Part shown: positions 18,131 to 26,163 of the stretch, in pieces | Numbering within the stretch: the first letter of the stretch is position 1 | How the letters are laid out: the number at the start of each line of letters is the position of its first letter | Assembly: GCA_000634515.1 (NCBI GenBank) | Contig: JFNU01000169.1 | Coordinates: 12,395-76,394 of the forward strand | Reading direction: 5' to 3' | Length of the DNA stretch: 64,000 bases | Source of the DNA: Prochlorococcus sp. scB245a_520K10 | GTDB taxonomy: Bacteria; Cyanobacteriota; Cyanobacteriia; PCC-6307; Cyanobiaceae | The notes under the pieces: generated by a model | What the model saw: only the letters and a program-made list of their open reading frames with translations | What the model was told of the DNA's origin: nothing | Database searches by the model: none | Program-made: the position numbers and the translations under genes

Positions 18131-18294
18131 AAAATTTTTACTGCGGAACCTTTTTTAAGTAAATATTAAATTTTAACTTCTATTTAATCTCAAAAGTATC
18201 GGTAAAAACCATCCCTGATAGAAAATATATAAGATATATCTAGGTGTTGAATTTAAAGAAATTACAACGCAATCAAGAATAGATTACAAATTTA

Positions 18295-19998
18295 ATGTCA
18301 ACCAAGTCTGATTCATTAAAAGAAAAGGTTACGGAAAATTTTTCTGAATTTTCTGAACTTTCTGACTATTCGTTTATGAATTCTCTTAAAGCAGATCCTC
18401 AATCAACAAAAGATGGAAATGATCATAAACCTCGTTCAGTATATTCAGGCCATTACGTACCAGTTGTTCCAACAGCGATTCCAGAATCAGAATATATTTC
18501 TCATAGCAAGAAACTTTTTAAAGAACTAGGACTAAGCTCAAATCTTACAAAAGACCAGAAATTTTGTAGTTTTTTCTCAGGTGATATTTCTGTTGCTGAT
18601 TATCCAATGAGTCCTGTTGGTTGGGCAACAGGTTATGCATTATCAATTTACGGGACTGAATATACCCAACAATGTCCCTTTGGCACTGGCAATGGTTATG
18701 GCGATGGTAGAGCAATTTCTGTTTTTGAAGGTTTATTCAATGGGAAAAGAATGGAAATGCAACTTAAAGGAGGAGGTCAAACTCCCTACTGTCGGGGAGC
18801 AGATGGCAGGGCTGTCTTAAGGTCTAGTGTGCGAGAATTTCTTGCACAGGAATTAATGGATGCATTGGGAATCCCTACCTCAAGATCGTTAACACTTTTT
18901 GTCTCACGTTCAGAAATAGTTAGGAGACCGTGGTATTCCAGAGGTTCTAAGTATTTTGAACCTGACATCATGATTGATAATCAGGCAGCAATTACTACAA
19001 GAGTCGCTCCATCTTTTTTACGTGTTGGCCAGATTGAACTTTTTGCGAGACGAGTTCGCAATAATGCTCATGATGGGGCACTTAATGAACTAATTATGAT
19101 AGTTCAACATCTTATTGATAGAAACTATAAAGATGAAATTGAATATGAGATTTCACTTGAAAGTAAGGTAGTAAAACTAGCTTCTTTATATAGATCGAGA
19201 CTTGTATCTCTTATAGCCAACTGGATGCGAGTTGGTTATTGCCAGGGCAACTTCAACAGTGATAATTGTGCTGCTGGAGGCTACACCTTGGACTATGGAC
19301 CCTTTGGATTCTGTGAATTATTTGATCCAAGATTTCAACCATGGACAGGTGGAGGTGAACATTTCTCATTTTTTAACCAACCTTCTGCTGCGGCTATCAA
19401 CTTTAAAACATTCTGTTCTTCTCTTAGTCCTTTACTTTCAGGAAGTAAACAAGATCAAGAAAAGTTATATCAAATCGAAAAGGATTTTTCAGAATTGATG
19501 AACAAAAAGTTAGAGAAAATGTGGGCAAACAAGCTTGGTTTAGAACATTACAATGAAACTCTCATAAATGAATTTTTTAATCTTATGGTAATTTCAAAAG
19601 CAGACTATACAATTTTGTTCCGTAAACTCTCTGAAATACCTGATAACTTAGATTCATTAAAAGACAGTTTTTATTTACCAATTAATGATGAGCTCAATAA
19701 TAGGTGGGAAGTATGGCTTGAAAATTGGCAATCAGTCTTGAAAAAAGAGGGAAATATTAAAGCAAAATCGGCATCAATGAAATCTCTTAATCCAGTCTAT
19801 ACTTGGCGCGAATGGATGGTCGTTCCCGCATATGAAGAAGCTGAAAAAGGAAATTACAAAAAAATAAAAGAGTTACAGGATGTCTTTAGCAATCCATATA
19901 TAGAACAATCCTCAGAAATAGATCAAAAATATAATCGACTAAAGCCAAGCCAGTATTTTAACTATGGAGGCGTTTCTCACTACAGCTGTTCTTCATAG
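18295..19998 (+). CDS. selO: SelO/YdiU protein adenylyltransferase
   Basis: YGDGRA, QLKGGGQTPYCRGADGRAVLRSSVREFL, GNFNSDN, LDYGPF, C-terminal CSS. Confidence 0.9.
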   Translation: MSTKSDSLKEKVTENFSEFSELSDYSFMNSLKADPQSTKDGNDHKPRSVYSGHYVPVVPTAIPESEYISHSKKLFKELGLSSNLTKDQKFCSFFSGDISVADYPMSPVGWATGYALSIYGTEYTQQCPFGTGNGYGDGRAISVFEGLFNGKRMEMQLKGGGQTPYCRGADGRAVLRSSVREFLAQELMDALGIPTSRSLTLFVSRSEIVRRPWYSRGSKYFEPDIMIDNQAAITTRVAPSFLRVGQIELFARRVRNNAHDGALNELIMIVQHLIDRNYKDEIEYEISLESKVVKLASLYRSRLVSLIANWMRVGYCQGNFNSDNCAAGGYTLDYGPFGFCELFDPRFQPWTGGGEHFSFFNQPSAAAINFKTFCSSLSPLLSGSKQDQEKLYQIEKDFSELMNKKLEKMWANKLGLEHYNETLINEFFNLMVISKADYTILFRKLSEIPDNLDSLKDSFYLPINDELNNRWEVWLENWQSVLKKEGNIKAKSASMKSLNPVYTWREWMVVPAYEEAEKGNYKKIKELQDVFSNPYIEQSSEIDQKYNRLKPSQYFNYGGVSHYSCSS

Positions 19999-20040
19999 AA
20001 GTTCAATCCTAATGCAGATTAAACAACTTTTAGAAAAATC

Positions 20041-20463
20041 TTATTTATTTATGGTCGTAGGCATCCCAACTACTGATACAACACCAACATGTAGTATAAC
20101 CGGCTTCTTCCCAATATTTTCCACATAGTGGGCCCCCCCATTATTACTTTCCACAAATGCATCGCCTGCTTTAAAGAAATTAATTTCTTTCCCCCTAACG
20201 TGCTTTAATCTCCCTCTTGTGACATGAATCAACATTGGGGCAGGGTGCGTATGAATTGGGGTTTCTATCCCTGCTGGAATCTTCACTTTTAAAAGTCTTA
20301 ATTCAGGCTTACCTTCTTGATAATTAAAGTTTTTGCCACTTAATCCTTTTGAAGTTTGAATAATAGGAATTACCTCAATCTTTTCTTTTGCGGGAGAAGT
20401 TTGAGGAAGACCTAAAGTTCCAATAAAAAGGACGCAAAATGGAATAAATTTTTTTAATTTCAT
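20041..20463 (-). CDS. Secreted cupin-domain protein
   Basis: PIHTHP, AGDAFVE, HYVEN; start reassigned to 20463. Confidence 0.8.
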   Translation of the reverse strand: MKLKKFIPFCVLFIGTLGLPQTSPAKEKIEVIPIIQTSKGLSGKNFNYQEGKPELRLLKVKIPAGIETPIHTHPAPMLIHVTRGRLKHVRGKEINFFKAGDAFVESNNGGAHYVENIGKKPVILHVGVVSVVGMPTTINK

Positions 20464-20517
20464 TAGATATTTGACTTTCACTAAATGATAGGTAATTTGC
20501 AAAAATAAAAAACTAAT

Positions 20518-20679
20518 TTATTTTTTATATAACTTTTCTAATTGCTTAATTTCCTCTCTTAAATCCTTACCTCTTTTATTTAATTTATTATTCTTAATAA
20601 CTATTGGGATAATCCACCAAGCTTGAAGACCTAAAAAGATAAATACAAGAATCAATAATTCAAAAGTTCCAGGCTGCAT
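20518..20679 (-). CDS. 53-aa single-TM protein
   Basis: MQPGTFELLILVFIFLGLQAWWIIPIVIK...; GAGG RBS. Confidence 0.6.
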   Translation of the reverse strand: MQPGTFELLILVFIFLGLQAWWIIPIVIKNNKLNKRGKDLREEIKQLEKLYKK

Positions 20680-20752
20680 TTAATAAATTTACCTTCTTTG
20701 TAAATACCAATACTCTAAAAGCTATTAAATATTCATGAGATTTGCAATATTT

Positions 20753-20935
20753 CTAGGCTGCTTCTAATTCAATATTAAGTTCATTACCCTTTAAAATGAT
20801 TGCTTCTTTATATTCAATAAGTTTGGAAATTATTCTTTGTTTCTCATGATCAGTTTTATAGATATCCTCTATAACTTCCTGCATTGCAAGTGTTACTTTT
20901 TGAAGTTTGATTTCTAAATCTTCCCTGTAATTCAT
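20753..20935 (-). CDS. Small helical hypothetical protein
   Basis: MNYREDLEIKLQKV...IELEAA. Confidence 0.6.
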   Translation of the reverse strand: MNYREDLEIKLQKVTLAMQEVIEDIYKTDHEKQRIISKLIEYKEAIILKGNELNIELEAA

Positions 20936-21039
20936 GAGCTTAGAGAAATTATCTTTTCTATTAAAAAACAAAATAATTATTAGTAAATAAGTACTTAACC
21001 TTAAAAGGATTGACAGCGAAACAATAAGAATATAATTTA

Positions 21040-21055
21040 TAGTACAAATGTATTA
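21040..21055 (+). promoter_or_regulatory. LexA box
   Basis: TAGTACAAATGTATTA, one mismatch to TAGTACA-N2-TGTACTA, just downstream of a TTGACA...TATAAT promoter. Confidence 0.7.
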
Positions 21056-21084
21056 AGAATCAACTAGCCTTTCAAGAGAAAAGC

Positions 21085-21354
21085 ATGAAGCCTAAGTACT
21101 CATTTGGATGTAGCAATAGAAAACCAAACGGATGCCTACTAAATCCTGAAGGCAGCAGAATGATCTTTTTCGAAGAATGCAAAAATTCCCTTAAACCTAA
21201 TCTAAAAATTTATACACATCTTTTTTACGCAAATCACCTTGGTGAACCTGGGGGGTACAAATCCTCAGAAAAATTAAACATAGATGCGGCTTGGGAAAAG
21301 TGGCACGAACTTCACCAAAATGGCTGGACGGAGGTCTATTACCATTACGGATGA
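21085..21354 (+). CDS. DUF1651-family protein
   Basis: GCLLNPEGSRMIFF...AWEKWHELHQNGW. Confidence 0.7.
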   Translation: MKPKYSFGCSNRKPNGCLLNPEGSRMIFFEECKNSLKPNLKIYTHLFYANHLGEPGGYKSSEKLNIDAAWEKWHELHQNGWTEVYYHYG

Positions 21355-21467
21355 GGATGCCTCGTTAAGGAAATACTCAAAAAATCAAATATTTAACTAT
21401 TTATGTAACGATATTGCTACATAAGTGTAGCATATATCTTGAAAATAACTTATTTTTGGCCTATTAC

Positions 21468-21505
21468 TTTACATTTGTTAATAGTAGTGTTACATTAGTT
21501 AACAA
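21468..21505 (+). promoter_or_regulatory. HLR1 (RpaB)-like direct repeats upstream of hli operon
   Basis: TTTACATTTGTTAATA and GTTACATTAGTTAACAA. Confidence 0.5.
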
Positions 21506-21518
21506 TTACACAACTTCA

Positions 21519-21725
21519 ATGGCTAATTCAAACGTTACTACTGAGTCAGGTGGAAGACAGAATATGTTTCCTACCGAGACACGTCCTTACATAGATGAGT
21601 CTGTTTCTTACGACAGCTACCCACAAAATGCAGAAAAAGTTAACGGTCGTTGGGCAATGATTGGGCTTGTTGCGTTAGTTGGTGCCTACGTTTCAACCGG
21701 ACAAATTATTCCTGGCATTTTTTAA
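21519..21725 (+). CDS. hli: High-light inducible protein
   Basis: AEKVNGRWAMIG...TGQIIPGIF; start at ATG 21519. Confidence 0.92.
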   Translation: MANSNVTTESGGRQNMFPTETRPYIDESVSYDSYPQNAEKVNGRWAMIGLVALVGAYVSTGQIIPGIF

Positions 21726-21985
21726 TGAGTCCACTTTCAGGTTTCTTAGCCGTAATTGTATTCTTTACAGCTATCCTTGTTGCTTATCTAACAAAACAAT
21801 TTCAAAACGAAAATTTAAACTATTCATCTTTTAATCAAATGAAAAACACAAACACAAAAGTCAAAACAATCGAGAAAGAAAAAGTTGTTGCTGAAACACT
21901 TAACGGCAGATTCGCAATGCTTGGATTAATTGCTGCTGTTGGAGCATATCTAACTACAGGTCAAATTATTCCTGGTTTCGTTTAA
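21725..21985 (+). CDS. hli: High-light inducible protein with extra N-terminal TM helix
   Basis: AETLNGRFAMLG...TGQIIPGFV; TAATG-coupled start at 21725. Confidence 0.9.
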   Translation: MSPLSGFLAVIVFFTAILVAYLTKQFQNENLNYSSFNQMKNTNTKVKTIEKEKVVAETLNGRFAMLGLIAAVGAYLTTGQIIPGFV

Positions 21986-22020
21986 AACTTACTATTTAAA
22001 AAACCTTCAACTCAAATAAA

Positions 22021-22149
22021 ATGGAAAATTCAAAACAAACTTATTGGCAAAATGCTGAGAGAACTAATGGAAGAATGGCAATGATGGGCTTATTTGCATT
22101 AGTTGTAAATTATGGCTTATTCGGCTGGATTGTCCCAGGGATCTTTTAA
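22021..22149 (+). CDS. hli: High-light inducible protein, 42 aa
   Basis: MENSKQTYWQNAERTNGRMAMMGLFALVVNYGLFGWIVPGIF (below ORF-track cutoff). Confidence 0.9.
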   Translation: MENSKQTYWQNAERTNGRMAMMGLFALVVNYGLFGWIVPGIF

Positions 22150-22150
22150 A

Positions 22151-22330
22151 ATGAATTTAGGCTTACTTTTTCTTAAAGTAAATACTTTAGGCGTAATAAC
22201 TCTTTCAGAACTTGATTGGATTACTAACCATCAATCCGAATTCTCTAGGTTAGATATGGCTTTAGTTATTAAAATTGGACGTCTTATGGATTCTGGAGTG
22301 GTGGAAATTGATAATAGATTATCTGTTTAA
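22151..22330 (+). CDS. Conserved small protein at end of hli operon
   Basis: MNLGLLFLKVNTLGVITLSELDWIT... Confidence 0.7.
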   Translation: MNLGLLFLKVNTLGVITLSELDWITNHQSEFSRLDMALVIKIGRLMDSGVVEIDNRLSV

Positions 22331-22351
22331 TTTTAAATATTGATCGTCATG

Positions 22352-22388
22352 AGTGTTTGTCAATAGGGATACTGACAGACACTTTTTT
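22352..22388 (+). terminator. Terminator of hli operon
   Basis: AGTGTTTGTCA-N10-TGACAGACACT plus T-run. Confidence 0.7.
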
Positions 22389-22530
22389 ATGCGAAAAAAT
22401 AAAAAAAGAGATTGTTTCTTAGCTAAAAACAATCTCTAAATCACCTAATTCTTACATGAAAATCTCAAGTAAGCTAACAGATTTTAACTGATTTATTTAT
22501 ATAGTAAATACGCAAAAATACTTTTGTTAT

Positions 22531-22746
22531 TTATCTTTTTAAACCACCTCTTTTTATCCATAGGAACCATGTAACCCAAATAGGAGGAAGGAATCTGATT
22601 AAAAAAGAAATTTTATAAATATAAAATGGGGCATTTTCACTTTGAAATAAATTTAGCAAAAAAGAAGATATATTTACCCAGATCAAAATTATTAATATAT
22701 TTGCTCCCAACAAAGCGAACTTATTTTGTTTGAATATCTTTGGCAT
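22531..22746 (-). CDS. Small membrane protein
   Basis: 71-aa hydrophobic ORF. Confidence 0.5.
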   Translation of the reverse strand: MPKIFKQNKFALLGANILIILIWVNISSFLLNLFQSENAPFYIYKISFLIRFLPPIWVTWFLWIKRGGLKR

Positions 22747-22804
22747 AAGGTAATTTTTTTATATTCTTAATTTTAAATAATCTTGTGAAATTAATCATAA
22801 ATTT

Positions 22805-23056
22805 TCAAAAAAACTTCAAATTTAAAATCCATATCCAAATAAAAAAAGTACTAAATTTCAATCCCTCTCCAAATAACAATCCAATAGCGATAGGAGGAGA
22901 AAATATTAAAAAAAGAATAGAGAGTAAACTAAATAAAGCAAATGATCCTCTTAGAAAAAAATTCTTTCTTTTTGTTCTTCTTAGATTTTTTAAGGTATTC
23001 AACTCCCATTCGATAAACCTATAGAACTTTTCTGATAATAAAAATAAATACTTCAT
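22805..23056 (-). CDS. Small membrane protein
   Basis: 83-aa ORF with hydrophobic C-terminal half. Confidence 0.45.
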   Translation of the reverse strand: MKYLFLLSEKFYRFIEWELNTLKNLRRTKRKNFFLRGSFALFSLLSILFLIFSPPIAIGLLFGEGLKFSTFFIWIWILNLKFF

Positions 23057-23109
23057 TAATATTATTAATTTCTATCGGCTTTTCTTATTTATAAAATTAA
23101 TTTCACCTG

Positions 23110-23394
23110 TTAGCAATAAACTTTATCCCCTTCTTCAGAAAGATAGTAAATTCTATTTTCTGAACTTACAAAGAAAGTTAATCCCTTATATTGTGATCTT
23201 TTAAATTTATCTAATCTAAGTTTGTGTAAATCCCAATTATCAGTACTTATGTCAGGATTAAATTCTTGTTCTTTTGAGAAAGGTCTATAAGTTGGAATAA
23301 TTGTTGTTTTTAGGGCTAACCTTCTATTTCGTTTTGAATAAAAAAATATTAAAAATAAAAGTACAAAAAAAAGAATTAATAATATATTTGTCAT
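23110..23394 (-). CDS. Membrane-anchored hypothetical protein
   Basis: TM helix plus SQYKGLTFFVSSENRIYYLSEEGDKVYC. Confidence 0.7.
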   Translation of the reverse strand: MTNILLILFFVLLFLIFFYSKRNRRLALKTTIIPTYRPFSKEQEFNPDISTDNWDLHKLRLDKFKRSQYKGLTFFVSSENRIYYLSEEGDKVYC

Positions 23395-23556
23395 TGTCAA
23401 TTTTTCTAATTTGAAAAAACTTTATTTTGGAGAATCAAGAACTTTTCACAATAAATTTCTTAGTAAGTAAAAAATCCTATTTTTATATTCTTGTATTTTT
23501 GAATACTTATCAAGGGTTTACCTAAATCAGATTATAAAGTCAGTCGCATTTTCAAC

Positions 23557-23700
23557 ATGACTCAAAATTCCATGAATACTCCTTATGCAAAAAGAGTAGC
23601 TGAAAAATTTAGAGAGGCTCAAAACTATTTAAAAACTAATGGTTTTAGTAGATCAACTAAACATTTACTGGAAGATATTGAAAATTCTGTTGAAAAATAA
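23557..23700 (+). CDS. 47-aa hypothetical protein
   Basis: MTQNSMNTPYAKRVAEKFREAQ...; TAATG-coupled to next ORF. Confidence 0.5.
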   Translation: MTQNSMNTPYAKRVAEKFREAQNYLKTNGFSRSTKHLLEDIENSVEK

Positions 23701-23858
23701 TGCCAATACCCCCTCACTTACCACATTTACAATATGGTTACGATGATGGTTTTACAACCATTGTTTTTGGGTTAATAGGAAGCTGCTTAGGATGTATCTT
23801 AATTTTATTAATTTCATTTTTTGAATTTAAATTCAAAAAGCAAAATAGTAAGCCTTAA
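23700..23858 (+). CDS. 52-aa single-TM protein
   Basis: MPIPPHLPHLQYGYDDGFTTIVFGLIGSCLGCILILLISF... Confidence 0.5.
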   Translation: MPIPPHLPHLQYGYDDGFTTIVFGLIGSCLGCILILLISFFEFKFKKQNSKP

Positions 23859-23866
23859 GAGACTTA

Positions 23867-24958
23867 CTAAACATTAAATAAGAACTCCATTACATCACCT
23901 TCGTTAACAATATATTCCTTACCTTCACTTCTTAAAAGACCTTTATTTTTTGCATTTACAATTGAACCTGAATTAATTAAATTTTGATATGAAATAGTCT
24001 GCGCTCTAATAAATCCTTTTTCAAAATCAGTATGAATTACTCCTGCTGCCTGTGGCGCAGTCATCCCATCTTTTATTGTCCATGCTTTTGTCTCCTTTTC
24101 ACCGGTAGTGAAATAAGTTTTTAATCCCAATAATTTATATGTTGATCTAATTAAAGAACTTAATCCCCCTTCTTCTACTCCTAAACCAATAAGGTAGTCT
24201 TTTTTATCTTCTGGTTCTAACTCTATTAATTCAGATTCGACTTGCGCTGATATTTTTATACATTCTGTATTTTCATTACTTGCAAAACTCTGAACTTTAA
24301 ATGAGAAATCATTACCTTCAGCTAAATCATTCTCATTCAAATTTGTTGCGTAAATAATTGGTTTAGCAGTAAGGAAACCTAGTTGCTTAATTATTAAATT
24401 TTCTTCTTCACTCAAAGATATTGATCTAACTGAAAGGCCATTCTCTAGCTCTTCTTCAATTTTTTCCAGTAAGGTGTCTTCTTTTGCTGCCTCTTTACTA
24501 GTTCTAACCTGTTTTTTAATTCTTTCTCTTCTTTTTTGGAGTTGAGATAAATCAGCTAAATTCAATTCGAGATTAATTATCTCAATGTCATCCAAGGGAT
24601 CTACCTTTCCAGAAACATGAATTACATCACTATCTTCAAAGCACCTTACAACATGAACAATTGCATCAACCTCCCTAATATTTGATAAAAATTTATTTCC
24701 TAAACCTTCGCCTTTACTAGCTCCTTTTACTAGTCCTGCGATATCTACAAATTCAATTTTCGTTGGGATAATATTTTGGCTAGAACTCAAATTACCTAAC
24801 TCTTGCAACCTTTGATCTGGGACTGAAACTATGCCTTTATTAGGTTCTATAGTACAAAAAGGAAAATTAGCCGCTTGGGCCTTAGCATTTTCTACAAGTG
24901 CATTAAATAGAGTTGATTTTCCAACATTTGGTAATCCAATAATACCTGCTTTTAACAT
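23867..24958 (-). CDS. ychF: Redox-regulated ATPase YchF
   Basis: GLPNVGKST, NFPFCTIEPN, DIAGLVKGASKGEGLGN. Confidence 0.97.
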   Translation of the reverse strand: MLKAGIIGLPNVGKSTLFNALVENAKAQAANFPFCTIEPNKGIVSVPDQRLQELGNLSSSQNIIPTKIEFVDIAGLVKGASKGEGLGNKFLSNIREVDAIVHVVRCFEDSDVIHVSGKVDPLDDIEIINLELNLADLSQLQKRRERIKKQVRTSKEAAKEDTLLEKIEEELENGLSVRSISLSEEENLIIKQLGFLTAKPIIYATNLNENDLAEGNDFSFKVQSFASNENTECIKISAQVESELIELEPEDKKDYLIGLGVEEGGLSSLIRSTYKLLGLKTYFTTGEKETKAWTIKDGMTAPQAAGVIHTDFEKGFIRAQTISYQNLINSGSIVNAKNKGLLRSEGKEYIVNEGDVMEFLFNV

Positions 24959-25101
24959 TTGAAAAAACTTATGGAAAAATTATCAAGAAAACATCTTCTA
25001 GTAATATAGTATTTACTTAACCAATCTTGGATAAGTTAATTATAATCGTCTTGATTATTTATTTTGTTCCTAAATATTCTCTACTTCTGCTTTTAAAAAA
25101 A

Positions 25102-26163
25102 ATGTTTGATTTAATAAAAAAAAATATAAATCTAAGAAGTGGAATTATATTGGTTTCTCTAGCTATATTTTTTGTTTTTATAACCAATTCCTTCAAGAAA
25201 AATAAGTCAAAAGATATTTCTGATTTTGTAGTTAAAGTGGAAAAAGGAATCCTCTCAGATTCAATTAATACTAGTGGTGAAGTAAAAGCAATAAGGACAA
25301 GCAATATTGGGCCTCGGAAGCAAGGCTTAATAAAAGATATCAAAGTAGATGAGGGCGATCTTGTTAAAAAAGATCAGGTTTTAGCTTCTCTTGATGATGA
25401 AGACTTTATCTATAAAATTGAAGAACTTGAATTAAATGTAGAAAAACAAAAATCTGAATTTTTGAGAAGGGAATATTTATATCAAGAAGGTGCGGTAAGT
25501 AAAGAAGACTATGAAACTTATAAAAATAACTACAACATTAGTAGCGCCAAACTTAATGATGCAAATGCTGAAAAAAGTTTCTATCTAATTAAAGCTCCTT
25601 ATGGAGGAAAGATAACTGCAAAATATGCTGAGATAGGATCTTATGTCACACCAAGTACAAACTTAAGTTCAGACCCTAAAACCAAAAACTTTATTTTTGA
25701 ACTATCAGATGGCCTAGAAATTGTTGCTAAAGTTCCCGAGAGTGACATTGGCAGAATAAAAATAGGTCAAGAAGCCTCAGTAAGAATTGAGGCTTATCCC
25801 TCAAAAAAATATAGTGCCATAGTTAAAAAAATAGCTACAAGAGCTGTAAAAGATAATAATGTAACCTCATTCGAAGTAACTTTAAATTTTAAAGATATTT
25901 CTGAAGAAATTAAAATTGGAATGACTGCAGATCTTGAATTTAGAGTCGAGGGTAATGAAGAAAAAATCTTAGTGCCAACAGTTTCTATTGTCACTGAAAA
26001 AGGTGAAAAGGGAATTTTGAAAGTTGATAAAAACAATTCTCCCAAATTTGAAAAAATTGAAATTGGTATTAGTAGTGGAAATAAAACTTCAGTAATTGAT
26101 GGATTAGAACCTGGAGAGCAAATCTTTATTGATATTCCACCTTGGGCTAAGAAGAGAAAATGA
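25102..26163 (+). CDS. Efflux RND/ABC periplasmic adaptor (membrane fusion protein)
   Basis: VDEGDLVKKDQVLA, IKAPYGG, VPESDIGRIKIGQ; start reassigned to 25102. Confidence 0.88.
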   Translation: MFDLIKKNINLRSGIILVSLAIFFVFITNSFKKNKSKDISDFVVKVEKGILSDSINTSGEVKAIRTSNIGPRKQGLIKDIKVDEGDLVKKDQVLASLDDEDFIYKIEELELNVEKQKSEFLRREYLYQEGAVSKEDYETYKNNYNISSAKLNDANAEKSFYLIKAPYGGKITAKYAEIGSYVTPSTNLSSDPKTKNFIFELSDGLEIVAKVPESDIGRIKIGQEASVRIEAYPSKKYSAIVKKIATRAVKDNNVTSFEVTLNFKDISEEIKIGMTADLEFRVEGNEEKILVPTVSIVTEKGEKGILKVDKNNSPKFEKIEIGISSGNKTSVIDGLEPGEQIFIDIPPWAKKRK

